Assembly (NCBI GenBank): GCA_963848965.1
Contig: CAWKFG010000004.1
Location: forward strand, 64,001-128,000
Length of the DNA: 64,000 nt
Direction of reading: 5' to 3'
DNA from: an uncultured bacterium
GTDB lineage: Bacteria; Babelota; Babeliae; Babelales; Babelaceae
Of the stretch, positions 38,151-48,983 are shown in pieces. The stretch's first letter is position 1. Each line of letters starts with the position of its first letter. Under the pieces are notes generated by a model. It searched no databases. It was not told the origin of the DNA and saw only the letters and a program-made list of their open reading frames with translations. Position numbers and translations under genes: made by a program.

Positions 38151-39836
38151 TCACTTATCCCGTGTTAAAAATAAAAATAGTTCTTTAATAAGCTCTTGAG
38201 GCAATACCTGTAAATAATTCTGTTGTTGGCCTTGATTATTAAATCTCGCAATAGTAACTATTTTTTGCAAGGCTCGCTCAAGTAAGAATTTGTAAATTTG
38301 ACAGCGCTTTTCACCACACTTTGAACCTTCGCGCATAAGAATAATCTTGATAAGAGCAAGAGCTTCAAAAGGATCTGTACCAAAATCAAGCAATAGTTTA
38401 ACAACTTCTTTACGATTCTGACCTACTGCATACATAAGAGCTCGTGAAAGCTGTGCCCGTTCTTCTTGTGTGTAAGCTATAGAATCATCTGACCATGTTA
38501 CTATTGCACGCAGAGAAAGAGGTACAATTGAAGACCCTAACACAGACAAACAATACGGCAAAAGATTTTGGTTGCGAGCACGCGCTCTACTTTGAAGCTC
38601 AGTAAGGCATTTTTGGACACCAAAATAAGAACCAGTGAGCGCAGCATACTCAAGAGGATCTGAAAACACTTTCTTGAAAACAGAACTTATGTGTGAGTTT
38701 TCTCGCATAGTTTGCAATATCGAACCACTAAACGGGTAAAATCGTAGAGGATAAGCTCGATTCTCTTGCCCTTCAGATTGATTATTATAACCATACATAC
38801 ATAGAAGCTTTAATATTTCGCATCGCTTTACAAAAAGATCCTCTTCTATAAGTATCTTTTCAAGTAAGTATTTAACCGAAAAGGAATAGCGACCTGGTAA
38901 CGCTCCTGCCTGTAAAAGCTCCTCAACACAAGCACTATGATGTGTACTTATAGCATGATCAATAATAGAGCCATGAGTATCGTCCTCAGAAGCATCTAAA
39001 ACAATTGAAGCCTTACATTTTATAAGAAGATTTATAAGTGCTTTATGATTATGAAAAACTGCTTGATAGAGAGGCCTTACTTGTTTCGCATCCCAAAAAC
39101 GTTCTTTTCCTATAAGCTCACGAGCATACCCATTAGGATCAGCACCGTGCTTAAGTGCTTCTTCTGCATCTTGGTAATTACCCTCTTTTGCAGCTTTTAT
39201 CAGCTTACAATTAAGGTCACACAGAGGTATATTCTTTGCTCTTATTATAAGAAGCTCTTTAAAGAGCGGAAATAATTGTGACTTTATGTGAATATGCCGA
39301 GCTCCTCTTTCTACTAACAGGAAAGCACTATCCCACTGCGCCTTATTTACTGCATCATCTAAAGCAGTTTTACCATCAAATGGATTAATTCCCGGCTTCG
39401 GTTTGTCCCTATAGTTACAATCTGCACCTGCATCTAAGAGTATTCTTACTATTTCTTTGTGCCCATATTTTGCAGCACGTCTTAACGGAGACTTTCTACA
39501 GTTTTTATGAGTAACCTGAGCCCCAGAAGCAAGAAGTAAACAAACCATATCTTTGTCACCTTTTTTGGCAGCAATACTTAAAGGAGTTTGATAGCTTTCG
39601 TGATGACTCATATACTTTATACGCTTACCAGTATAGACAGGCCATGTAGGACCTTTATAAAATTTGAAGACATAATTAGGATTTGCACCCTGCACAAGCA
39701 AACTGGAAGCTAGAACTTTATCCTCATTTTCAATAGCTTTTAAAAATTGCTTTTTCAAAGATATCGGTTTTTCCATTGCATAACAAAGCGGCATAAGCAA
39801 AAGGTTCAAGCTACATAAAACTATTCTAAAATACAT
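38151..39836 (-). CDS. Secreted ankyrin protein with C-terminal F-box-like motif
   Basis: TPLSIAA, SPLRRAA, GKTALDDAV; ends NYLQVLPQELIKELFLFL. Confidence 0.88.
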   Translation of the reverse strand: MYFRIVLCSLNLLLMPLCYAMEKPISLKKQFLKAIENEDKVLASSLLVQGANPNYVFKFYKGPTWPVYTGKRIKYMSHHESYQTPLSIAAKKGDKDMVCLLLASGAQVTHKNCRKSPLRRAAKYGHKEIVRILLDAGADCNYRDKPKPGINPFDGKTALDDAVNKAQWDSAFLLVERGARHIHIKSQLFPLFKELLIIRAKNIPLCDLNCKLIKAAKEGNYQDAEEALKHGADPNGYARELIGKERFWDAKQVRPLYQAVFHNHKALINLLIKCKASIVLDASEDDTHGSIIDHAISTHHSACVEELLQAGALPGRYSFSVKYLLEKILIEEDLFVKRCEILKLLCMYGYNNQSEGQENRAYPLRFYPFSGSILQTMRENSHISSVFKKVFSDPLEYAALTGSYFGVQKCLTELQSRARARNQNLLPYCLSVLGSSIVPLSLRAIVTWSDDSIAYTQEERAQLSRALMYAVGQNRKEVVKLLLDFGTDPFEALALIKIILMREGSKCGEKRCQIYKFLLERALQKIVTIARFNNQGQQQNYLQVLPQELIKELFLFLTRDK

Positions 39837-39865
39837 TACTTACCTTTCACTTACTATATTTACTA

Positions 39866-41218
39866 CTAGACGTAAGCACTGAGCAGCGTATAAGCATACT
39901 TTGAAAGAAAAAAAAGTGTTAATTCTTGCGTAATTTCACGAGGAAGAAAGTGTAAATAGTTGGATCGCACACTCAAGCCATCATATTGTGCAAGATCAAG
40001 TATACGCTGTTCAGCTTGTTTAAAAAGCGCTTCATAAAGCTGTGATTGTTCTGAATTAGGTTTTATGCCATCACGAAGTGCAATAACCCATGCTAATTCA
40101 AGAGCCGGATATGGATCTGCACCAAACTCAAGTAAACGCTCACTCATGCGCTTTCGTCCCTGTCCTATTGCACACATAAGAGCATTTGAAAGTCGAACGT
40201 GCTCTTCTTGAGTATAACGCACCGAGGGATCAGGATATTTTACTGAACAAGGATCCCAATACGTCTTCAAACATGTTAGATAGTATGTAGCAAGAGACTG
40301 ACAACGTGCTTGAGCAGTACGCTGAAGTTCCTTAAGCAGCTCGAACAATTCTTTAGCATCATACCATACAACTGCATGCTCAAGTGGATCTGGAAAGATC
40401 CTTTGATAAGTGTCCCTATAGCTCATGCTCTTATCTCTCTCACTCATACTTGGTGCCCCATATATACAAAACAATCGCATTATTTTGTATGTCGTAATAG
40501 GTTCACTATACCGCAATGTAGATAGAAGAGCCAAAAAATTTAAAGGCTTTGCCCCTGCCTCTAAAAGAGCTTTAACAACAGCTATTTGACCGAGTGCTGT
40601 AGCAGTATCAATAGCCTCTCCTTTAACATTAGCCTTACGACTAATAAGCAGCTCAGCAAGATTCTCATGTTTATGAATCATTGCTTGATGTAGGGGCCAG
40701 GTTTCTCTTACTTTATCAATAGGGTAACCACTTATATACAGGATATATGAATAGCCATCAGGGTCGGCACCTTGATCAAGCGCCTCTACCGCACTTTGAT
40801 AATTTCCTTCTTCTGCAGCTTTAAGCAATGTATTGTTAAGTTTAAAGGTACTTGTATCTGCTTTCAAGAGCATAAGCACAATGCCGTGTCTATTACAACA
40901 TACAGCATGATCCAAAGCAGTTTTTCCTTCTCCATCTTTTGCATTAAAATCTGCACCCTTGCTAAGAAGCAGCGCTACTATATCTTCGTGGCCCATTATT
41001 GTAGCCATTGTCAAAAGAGTACAACCATTACTATATCGAGTATCAATAATGTGAGGCTTCTCGTCAATAGGACTAGAAAGCAAAACAGTAACTTCCTGTA
41101 TCTTTCCACCCCAGACAGCTTCAAATAGATTTTTGTTATTTGGCACTTCTTCTTCCATACTATAGCAATAAGATCCATACAAGATTACGAGACTGCTCAA
41201 CAAAAATCTAAAATGCAT
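39866..41218 (-). CDS. Secreted ankyrin protein with C-terminal F-box-like motif
   Basis: GCTLLTMA, GKTALDHAV; ends NYLHFLPREITQELTLF. Confidence 0.88.
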   Translation of the reverse strand: MHFRFLLSSLVILYGSYCYSMEEEVPNNKNLFEAVWGGKIQEVTVLLSSPIDEKPHIIDTRYSNGCTLLTMATIMGHEDIVALLLSKGADFNAKDGEGKTALDHAVCCNRHGIVLMLLKADTSTFKLNNTLLKAAEEGNYQSAVEALDQGADPDGYSYILYISGYPIDKVRETWPLHQAMIHKHENLAELLISRKANVKGEAIDTATALGQIAVVKALLEAGAKPLNFLALLSTLRYSEPITTYKIMRLFCIYGAPSMSERDKSMSYRDTYQRIFPDPLEHAVVWYDAKELFELLKELQRTAQARCQSLATYYLTCLKTYWDPCSVKYPDPSVRYTQEEHVRLSNALMCAIGQGRKRMSERLLEFGADPYPALELAWVIALRDGIKPNSEQSQLYEALFKQAEQRILDLAQYDGLSVRSNYLHFLPREITQELTLFFLSKYAYTLLSAYV

Positions 41219-41399
41219 AAAATTTTCCTAATTATAATAACTATTAGACAACAAAAATTATTGTACCATAGTCTTTATACTTTTACCAGTTCGTAAAAGT
41301 ATGTGAATAGGCATAAAAATTTACCAAACAGATTACCAGACCTTTTATTTGTGACAATTAAGAATAACAGATATACCAGCTCCAAAACCTAGAAAATGA

Positions 41400-41426
41400 T
41401 AAACGAGGGATTAAGTCCCTCGTTTA
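41400..41426 (-). terminator. Intrinsic terminator
   Basis: TAAACGAGGGA-TTAAG-TCCCTCGTTTA downstream of the 41474..41830 gene. Confidence 0.7.
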
Positions 41427-41473
41427 TTTGCAAATTTAATGCAGTACTTTTTTGTGGATTATTAGGACACTCT

Positions 41474-41830
41474 CTACATAGTGGCTGATGGCAGTTGAGC
41501 ATTCTCCTTACCAACAAATTCGGCAAACTTCTTTGCTGGATAAATAAGACATTTTTTGCCACTTTTGGTAGAAAATGTGCCTATATACCCTTCTTCCGGT
41601 TCTGAAATCTCTTGCGTTGTACCTCCTGGACACGCCATAACCGTCGTAAAGACCTTCTGTGTATCTTCATCAAGAGAACAAGTAGCTTTGTTCGCTTCAC
41701 TGTTCCATATACAGTTGATAAAAGATTCTTCAAAATTAGGATTGAGAGTTAATTTATACTCATCGGCATGAATAGTACCTAAAAACAGTAAACTTATTGT
41801 TGCAAAAATTGAAATAAAGATCTTTTTCAT
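41474..41830 (-). CDS. Small secreted Cys-containing protein
   Basis: AAGGAG RBS, signal peptide ending IHA, four Cys. Confidence 0.75.
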   Translation of the reverse strand: MKKIFISIFATISLLFLGTIHADEYKLTLNPNFEESFINCIWNSEANKATCSLDEDTQKVFTTVMACPGGTTQEISEPEEGYIGTFSTKSGKKCLIYPAKKFAEFVGKENAQLPSATM

Positions 41831-42068
41831 TTTTATCTCCTTTAAATTATACGATTTTATTTAATTTATATTATAAGATATTTAATAGCAATGAAACAAT
41901 AGTTTAATAACATTAAGCCTATTGTAAAAATTAAGAACTATAGCTGCTATTAAAATTTCTATCAAGTACTCTAAAGTGTGAAAGAGATATTACAAGAAGA
42001 ACTTGGTCAAATTTTACAAGCAGAAAACCCACTCAAAAATAGTAAAATAGATCAGATTGAATTTCCTA

Positions 42069-42359
42069 CTAAATTATAGAGCAAAGAGATTGCTGATCCT
42101 CTGAACCTTCTTGAAATTCTAGAAAGTCATTAGAAATCCAATAATGACAACTGTTACATGGAACAGAAACATCCATATGTCTGAAATCAGGAAGCATCTT
42201 AAAAGTCTGCCATGTTCGACAGCTCGGACATTGAGCTGTTGCCGTGAGCATTTTTTCTGAATTTTGAGTCACTTTCTCCATTGTATCTTTAGGTTTTTGC
42301 ATTGGATACAGTGGTATAATAAAAGCTATTGATACAATAATAATAAAAAGTTTGTTCAT
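42069..42359 (-). CDS. Small secreted zinc-ribbon-like protein
   Basis: Signal peptide; CPSC and CNSC pairs. Confidence 0.65.
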   Translation of the reverse strand: MNKLFIIIVSIAFIIPLYPMQKPKDTMEKVTQNSEKMLTATAQCPSCRTWQTFKMLPDFRHMDVSVPCNSCHYWISNDFLEFQEGSEDQQSLCSII

Positions 42360-42424
42360 AAATAACCCTTATAATTTTTACAGAATAGTAAAAAAGGGAG
42401 TTGATTCTCAACTCCCTCATCAAT

Positions 42425-42916
42425 TTAGAAAGGCAAATCGTCTTCGAACGCATCTTTAAATACAGCATCTGGTACTGTATCATCACTTGATGTATCTTTA
42501 TCTTTAGACTTCATAGATGCTCCTTTTGCTGGAGCTGCTTGAGAAGGAGTAATACCAGATTCATCAGTTACGCCTTCTGCTTGCTGGTTGCTGCCCAAGA
42601 AGACAACTCGTTCAGCTACAATAGCATGACGGCGTCTTGTTTGGCCTTCTGCTTCCCAAGTATCTAACTTTAAACGTCCTTCTACAAGCACTGGACGTCC
42701 TTTTTGTAGATATTGTCTACAATTGTCTGCTTGTGGTCCCCAGACTTCAACATCAACGTAACAAACTTCTTGTACAAGCAACCCTGTTTGCTTGTTACGA
42801 AATTGCCTGTTTGATGCAATACTTAATTTACAAAGCCCTTGCCCTGATTGCTGCTGCTTATAATCTGGATCTCTTGTAAGATTACCAATCATAATGATGC
42901 GATTATAACTTGCCAC
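42425..42916 (-). CDS. ssb: Single-stranded DNA-binding protein
   Basis: NRIIMIGNLTRDP, KGRPVLVEGRL, acidic tail DDLPF. Confidence 0.97.
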   Translation of the reverse strand: MASYNRIIMIGNLTRDPDYKQQQSGQGLCKLSIASNRQFRNKQTGLLVQEVCYVDVEVWGPQADNCRQYLQKGRPVLVEGRLKLDTWEAEGQTRRRHAIVAERVVFLGSNQQAEGVTDESGITPSQAAPAKGASMKSKDKDTSSDDTVPDAVFKDAFEDDLPF

Positions 42917-43002
42917 TGTATACCTCTTTTTTAGTAGAAGCGTTATACTCTTTAATGAATAGTATAACAGAAATGCAAATTTAAAAAAGCGGTTCTACTC
43001 TA

Positions 43003-43392
43003 TTAAGCAGCCGATTGTGGTGTTTTAATAGAGGTTACAAACTTCTTGAGTTCAGCAAGCTCTTTGTCATACTGTTCTTTTCGCTCTCTTAATTTCTGCA
43101 AGTGTGCTGAAAGTTGCTGACGAGACGCTGTAGAAAAGAATGACTTTTTTTCTCCTTGCGCTATATCTTCAATTTGTCTGTACAGTTCTTGTTGAAGTTG
43201 AGCATTCAATTCAATAGTTTTACTTTCCTGCTGCACAAGCGTAGCAAGAAGTTCTACTGTTTCTTGACGCAATTGATTTAATGATTTTCTTTTTTCTTGC
43301 GCTGGTGTCACTAAAAAGCTTTCTCCAAAACACCAAAATGCAAATGCAAGCATAAGAAGCATGAGTGCTTTAAGCATATAATGTATCTTCAT
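43003..43392 (-). CDS. Hypothetical coiled-coil exported protein
   Basis: Hydrophobic N-terminus, Q/E/K-rich helices; 4-nt overlap with the upstream gene. Confidence 0.65.
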   Translation of the reverse strand: MKIHYMLKALMLLMLAFAFWCFGESFLVTPAQEKRKSLNQLRQETVELLATLVQQESKTIELNAQLQQELYRQIEDIAQGEKKSFFSTASRQQLSAHLQKLRERKEQYDKELAELKKFVTSIKTPQSAA

Positions 43393-43976
43393 GATAATAA
43401 TCCTTTATAACCAATATACGTATAATGAAAGAGAGTGCCTAGTGTAAGCGCAGTTATAGTATATAAAAAAACGTAAAAAGTAGTAACCGGCATCCAATGT
43501 AAGAAAGCACAGATAAAGAGCCACCACATGAATAAAACCTGCACAACAGCTGCTAATTTTCCAAGCCACGTAGGACGTATAGAAACTGCATGTTTTACAA
43601 AGCTTACATAGCCTGCTCCTAGAACTAATAACAGCTCTTTAAGAAGTACTATTACAACGAACCAACGAGGGAGCTTAAATAACGGTGAATCAACGAATGC
43701 TAGTGTAATATAGCAAGAACCCAAGAGCAATTTATCTGCTATAGGGTCTAAGTATGCACCAAGTGGAGTCTCTTCTTGTAAGAATCGTGCTAATGCTCCA
43801 TCTATTACATCGGTAATTGCAGCACCAGTAAAAAGCACAAATGCCGTACCCCACTCGTGTATCAGCATACTATAAACAATACAAGGAATAAGTGCTATAC
43901 GAGCAAGCGTAAAGCATGTTGAAAGCGTAATAGTTTTAGGTAAAAAGAAGTTCTTATTTACTTTTGTCTCTATCAT
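43389..43976 (-). CDS. CDP-alcohol phosphatidyltransferase (PgsA-like)
   Basis: TDVIDGALAR...GAYLDPIADK signature. Confidence 0.93.
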   Translation of the reverse strand: MIETKVNKNFFLPKTITLSTCFTLARIALIPCIVYSMLIHEWGTAFVLFTGAAITDVIDGALARFLQEETPLGAYLDPIADKLLLGSCYITLAFVDSPLFKLPRWFVVIVLLKELLLVLGAGYVSFVKHAVSIRPTWLGKLAAVVQVLFMWWLFICAFLHWMPVTTFYVFLYTITALTLGTLFHYTYIGYKGLLS

Positions 43977-45030
43977 ACTGAGTAATTACCCCACCACCAA
44001 GACATTGTGTTCCATCGTATATAACAGCAAATTGACCAGCAGCAATACCCTGATCCCGTTCCTGCAGCTTGATCATATAGCACTGATCATCAAGCTTTGT
44101 CACTGTTCCTTTATGGCATCTAACGCCATGACGTACTTTAATAGAGTACTCGTTACCTGATGTAGGCACATCGCCAATCCAATTGCACGCCATTATGTTA
44201 AATGTATCACGCACTTTGTCTTCTGTATAGTAGGCACGAGAAATGAGCACGGTATTTGTTTCTGGATTTTTTGAAACAACATACCATGGCCCTCCAGGAA
44301 GACCAAGTCCTTGGCGTTGCCCAACAGTGTAATACCAAAAGCCCTTATGCTTTCCTAGCACTTTACCCGTTTCATATTCAACAAGATCACCTTCTTTATC
44401 GCCCATATGATGGCGAATAAAGTCACTAAACTTGAGTTTACCCAAAAAGCAGATACCCTGGCTATCTTTACGATCTTTATTGGGTAGATTATATGCAAGA
44501 GCTTTTTGACGTACTTCTTTTTTACTCATATGTCCAATAGGAAAGAGAGCGCGCTTAAGCTGCGCTTGGTTTACATGAGATAGAAAATAGGTTTGATCTT
44601 TTATAGGATCCGGAGCAGTAAAAAGCAGAGAGCGGTCACTTGCATGCTTCACTTGAGCATAATGGCCTGTTGCTACATAATCAAAAGAGTCACCTATATA
44701 CTTTAAAAATGCACCAAACTTCACTCGTTGATTACACAAAATGTCAGGGTTAGGGGTACGCCCTGCCTTAATTTCTGCAATAGTATAGGCAACCACTTCA
44801 TCCCAATATTCTCTTTGAAAGGAAACTACCTCTAAAGGAACATTCGCTTGTTTGCATACTGCTTCTACATATGCTAGATCTTCTTGCCAAGGACAGGTGC
44901 CCAAATAAGAAAGTTCATCTTCAAGCCAGATCTTTAAATAAAAGGCAGTAACCGCATAACCCTGCTCCTGCAATAAACGCAAAGCAACAGAGCTATCAAC
45001 TCCTCCTGAAACTAATACGGCTACCTTCAT
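43954..45030 (-). CDS. mnmA: tRNA 2-thiouridylase MnmA
   Basis: SGGVDSS, TPNPDILCN, ATGHYA, KDQTYFL, DSQGICF, TVGQRQG. Confidence 0.97.
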   Translation of the reverse strand: MKVAVLVSGGVDSSVALRLLQEQGYAVTAFYLKIWLEDELSYLGTCPWQEDLAYVEAVCKQANVPLEVVSFQREYWDEVVAYTIAEIKAGRTPNPDILCNQRVKFGAFLKYIGDSFDYVATGHYAQVKHASDRSLLFTAPDPIKDQTYFLSHVNQAQLKRALFPIGHMSKKEVRQKALAYNLPNKDRKDSQGICFLGKLKFSDFIRHHMGDKEGDLVEYETGKVLGKHKGFWYYTVGQRQGLGLPGGPWYVVSKNPETNTVLISRAYYTEDKVRDTFNIMACNWIGDVPTSGNEYSIKVRHGVRCHKGTVTKLDDQCYMIKLQERDQGIAAGQFAVIYDGTQCLGGGVITQYDRDKSK

Positions 45031-45189
45031 ATTTTTTCTTTCAAATAGAAAATATAACAGTGTCTATTATACTTCTTATTATACACAGATAGAAAAAAAT
45101 GACAAGATGCTCTAAAGCAGCCCTGCTTATAAAACTTTAATAAAATAAAGAAAAAAGGTGTCGTAAAGGGCCTCTTTGGGCCCTTTAAT

Positions 45190-45474
45190 TTATGGTTGAC
45201 CTTGACCAAATTGAGTAGCAGTTCCTCGACCTTGACCTGGCTGAACAACAGTTCCAACTGATGGTTCTGCAAGGGTACCACCACCTGGTTCTTGTGTCAC
45301 TACAATGAAGGTAGGTGTGCCTCCTGGAGTTCCTGTAGTCACTACCGCTTCACCCGGTATAACCCCTCGAGCTCCTTCTGGTTGTGCTATAAATACTGAT
45401 GTAGGGCCAGGTTCTCCACCACCAAACAAACCTGCTGTAAAAAACATTGAGATTAAAAGCATGATCTTCATCAT
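45190..45474 (-). CDS. Small secreted Gly/Pro/Thr-rich protein, paralog of 48984..49265
   Basis: AAGGAG RBS before MMKIMLL; shared EPGP...GAR...VGTVVQPGQG; hairpin terminator follows. Confidence 0.75.
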   Translation of the reverse strand: MMKIMLLISMFFTAGLFGGGEPGPTSVFIAQPEGARGVIPGEAVVTTGTPGGTPTFIVVTQEPGGGTLAEPSVGTVVQPGQGRGTATQFGQGQP

Positions 45475-45677
45475 ATACTCCTTTGTTAAGATTATTATTT
45501 TCATTATTGTAAGAGTACCGTGTATTTATCAAATCATTCAATAAAAACAGACATTTTTTTCTTGAAAAGTGCTCTAAAATGCACTATTTTCAGCAAGTTC
45601 TAGTAGTAAAAAGAATAGTTGCTACTATATAAAGCTAATAATAAAAAAAGGCCCCCTAAGGAGCCCTTGATAAAAGG

Positions 45678-47252
45678 TTAACTACATTCAGGCCGGCAAA
45701 AAAGTTGAACTGGACAGAATTTGCCTTGTAAAGCAACTGAAAAAGCATTGTTGCAAATTCGCGCAAAACCATCAGTATCAATACCAAAGAAAGGTGGATA
45801 AATATTAATAAAGCTAAACACTTCAAAATATTCTTCAATGAACTCTTCTGGATCTATACCCTGCCCTCGTAAGCAATCCTGAAATTGAGGACTTATAAGA
45901 ATATCTCCAAATGTTTGAAATGGCCCTTGCGGTGTTAATGGAATCTTACACACAATGCTTAAAAATGGTCCAAAGTTAGCAAGCGAGATTTGATTGACAG
46001 CAACAGGATCTGCATTAATAGCTCGTATTGCTAAATCTAAAAATGTTTTTGGACGAGCTTCTTCATCCGACTCTAAAATTTCTGCTGTAGCTTCTAACAC
46101 TGGAAATACGAGTGCTGACTGAATATCATTAGAAGGAGTAAAAATTTCTGATTGAGGGAACGTTGCCCCTAGAACTGTTTGAAAGTTAAGCGGTATCTTT
46201 AAGCTTTCAAGCAACTGCGCAAAGAGCTTAGCGCCAGTTGTATCAATAAACGGCTCATTTGCTCCACTATCAAGATAAAGACATTTAGAACGTAGTTGCT
46301 CTTGTACAGATCTGCTCTTTTGAACGAGAGTATAAGGATCATTACGTAACCACCTTTGAAGAACACTCCTATTTGGAGTAAGCTTACCATTAGTAATCAC
46401 AGGAGAAAAATCCTCATTAACAAGGATAGGCAAATCAACTTTAAATGGTTCTTTTTCTACATTAGGACTCAAAGCAGCAGAAAGCGCAAAAAGCTGATAA
46501 GTATTCGGACCATTAGTTGGCACTACCTTTCCTGCTCCTGGACCTGCACCTGGAATTTCAAGCAATACTTTATTGTAAAAATCAGGATTAAATACCTGAG
46601 GTGCCATTGCAATAATAGTCGAAGGACTATGAGCTGCCACTGCTCCGTATACATCTGGATGCTTTATAGTAAGGAGAAATGCTGCATAAGCACCCATTGA
46701 ATGCCCAGCGATTTGTGTTGAAGCCGCATCAGTTCTTGTTCTATAATGCTCATTAACAAAAGTACGAAGCTCATTAACAATATAGTCTTCAAAGTTACCA
46801 TTAAGCTCTGAATTTACGAAAAAGCTTCCAAGATATCCATTACTTAAGCTTCCATCAGGTTTGACTATAATGACTGGCGGCAACTGCCCTGTTTCAATTA
46901 ACAAGTCAACAACGGGAAAAATACTTGCATAACTTGAGAAATTCTGACCAAAGCCATGAAGAAAATAGATCACTGGATATTGCTCTGTATTACCAGCGTC
47001 ATTATATCCTCGAGGAAGATATACTTCAAAATATCTAAATGGATCTTCTGCTGATTCCTGATTTGTCGGAGATGGTCCTACATTTGTAGTAGGCGCAAAT
47101 CCATCATAGACAAGCAAGCTTCCTGATTGAGTTTGTCGAACTACGCTTTTTTTTACGCCTTTAGGGCACGATTTACAACTTTTTGCATTGATGAATAAGG
47201 GCGAGAATACTAATAATGCAAGCCCAAGAAATTGTAGAGTTAATCTTTTCAT
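45678..47252 (-). CDS. Secreted alpha/beta-hydrolase esterase
   Basis: VYLPRGY, YPVIYFLHG, GHSMG nucleophile elbow; signal peptide. Confidence 0.9.
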   Translation of the reverse strand: MKRLTLQFLGLALLVFSPLFINAKSCKSCPKGVKKSVVRQTQSGSLLVYDGFAPTTNVGPSPTNQESAEDPFRYFEVYLPRGYNDAGNTEQYPVIYFLHGFGQNFSSYASIFPVVDLLIETGQLPPVIIVKPDGSLSNGYLGSFFVNSELNGNFEDYIVNELRTFVNEHYRTRTDAASTQIAGHSMGAYAAFLLTIKHPDVYGAVAAHSPSTIIAMAPQVFNPDFYNKVLLEIPGAGPGAGKVVPTNGPNTYQLFALSAALSPNVEKEPFKVDLPILVNEDFSPVITNGKLTPNRSVLQRWLRNDPYTLVQKSRSVQEQLRSKCLYLDSGANEPFIDTTGAKLFAQLLESLKIPLNFQTVLGATFPQSEIFTPSNDIQSALVFPVLEATAEILESDEEARPKTFLDLAIRAINADPVAVNQISLANFGPFLSIVCKIPLTPQGPFQTFGDILISPQFQDCLRGQGIDPEEFIEEYFEVFSFINIYPPFFGIDTDGFARICNNAFSVALQGKFCPVQLFCRPECS

Positions 47253-47275
47253 AAGGTCCTTATAGCTTATAATTT

Positions 47276-48727
47276 TTACTGTGCACCCAAACGTTGTTCA
47301 AAATACGGAGTATAAAAGATACCATTTGGATCAAAGATTCGACGTACTGCATTAAATGCATCAACATTTTGTTTGCCGTACAGTCTAATAGTTTTTTCGA
47401 CTGTTAAAAACTCTGGATTATTACCCCATGAAGGACGTCCTTCATATTTAAGCAAGATATCATTAAAATCTCGCAAAATATTTGTAGCTTGTTCAGATTT
47501 ATCTGGGAAGATAATAATGAATCCAATAAGCCATGAAGGTCTATTTGTCGGACTTAAATATGAAAAGTTTGCATCAGAAACAAAACGTACTTCAGAGGTT
47601 GCTATAAACTCAATACCTCGTGCTTTATAGTCTTGGACAAGCTTTACAAAATCAGCAAGTGCTTGACGAACAAACTCTGCTCGCACAGAAAGCTCATTAA
47701 TACGAGCACGGCTTACAGCACTTTCATGAAAGAAGGAAACTGACTTATAAAAGAATTCAACTACACCAGAAGCAATTCCTCCTGCAATAATAGCTTCGTT
47801 AATAGCTGCATATGCAGAAACAGGTAATAGCGGGTTTACAATAGCATTTACTTCTCCTACAGCAGCAGAGTTTGCAAGATAGCGTGCAAAATTACGTGTG
47901 CTATTATTTGTTACTGGAGCATTAGTTACATTAAAAGTCTGTACTAGTGTTGATTCACTTACCGGATCTAGCAATAATTGAAAATGCTCTTGAGTTGCAA
48001 GCAATCTATCAATTTTAGGAACTACAGTAGCAAGCGGAACTACTTCAGCAACAACATCGCGCTTAGTAGCAGGAAAGCACTGTAATGTAGCAGCATAAAT
48101 AACACCAAGCACTCCTAAGCTCACACGTGCTGCAGGAAGCCATTCAGGATGAGATGATGATGACACAATTTGCAAATTACCTCGCCCATCAACAAATTGA
48201 ATCTCAAGCGCTGCATCTGCATAACTGCCATGACGCCCACTACCATGAACAGCATTAGCCAACATACCGCCAACAGTAATTTCATATGCACCTGGCTGAT
48301 CTATTAATTCCAAGCCATGCTTTGCAAGTTCTCGAGATAAGTTATAAAGACTTACGCCCCCTTGCGCTTTTACCGTCATTTTATGAAGATCTATTTCTAA
48401 TATCTTATCTAAACCGCGCATGCTAATAAGATAATTATCCTCTCCTACTTCTACATCTCCGCCACCTGGTTCACCCTCTCCTGGAAACCCTGCAATAACA
48501 GAATGTAATCCTCCAAAAGGTCGTATTTTCTTTCCATCAGTTATAGCAGTACGTACTGTAGCTTGTAATTCTTCTAATGTTCGTGGCATAAAAATGCGTG
48601 CTGCACACGTAGTATTTCCTGAAGAATCTATTATACAATTACCATTCTCACCTTCATGAGCAATAACCTGAAAAATATGTAACAGAGAATAGCATATAAT
48701 TATTCTTTGCATGATGAAATAATTCAT
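47276..48727 (-). CDS. FAD-linked oxidase, aldonolactone (ALO/GULO) family
   Basis: GGLHS, ITVGGMLANAVHGSG, SLGVLGVI, EVRF, GRPSWG, RRIFDPNGIF. Confidence 0.85.
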   Translation of the reverse strand: MNYFIMQRIIICYSLLHIFQVIAHEGENGNCIIDSSGNTTCAARIFMPRTLEELQATVRTAITDGKKIRPFGGLHSVIAGFPGEGEPGGGDVEVGEDNYLISMRGLDKILEIDLHKMTVKAQGGVSLYNLSRELAKHGLELIDQPGAYEITVGGMLANAVHGSGRHGSYADAALEIQFVDGRGNLQIVSSSSHPEWLPAARVSLGVLGVIYAATLQCFPATKRDVVAEVVPLATVVPKIDRLLATQEHFQLLLDPVSESTLVQTFNVTNAPVTNNSTRNFARYLANSAAVGEVNAIVNPLLPVSAYAAINEAIIAGGIASGVVEFFYKSVSFFHESAVSRARINELSVRAEFVRQALADFVKLVQDYKARGIEFIATSEVRFVSDANFSYLSPTNRPSWLIGFIIIFPDKSEQATNILRDFNDILLKYEGRPSWGNNPEFLTVEKTIRLYGKQNVDAFNAVRRIFDPNGIFYTPYFEQRLGAQ

Positions 48728-48983
48728 TGATCTCCTTTTTTTAAAGAGCGGCTCTAGTATTGAAGATCAAAATTACTTCCTGGCTTTGAGAATGTCAACC
48801 AAAACTATTTGTTCATCTTGTATATTACTGAAGAGATTTATAATTCTTCTCTTTAAGAAGTAGGAGCTCAGATACAGGTATTACTATATATTTTGCGCGA
48901 AAGTTCTACAATTGAAGTTGTAAAGGAGAAGACTAGATATGGAATTGCTAAATAGCCGCAAGGGCTCAATTGAGCCCTTTTAT

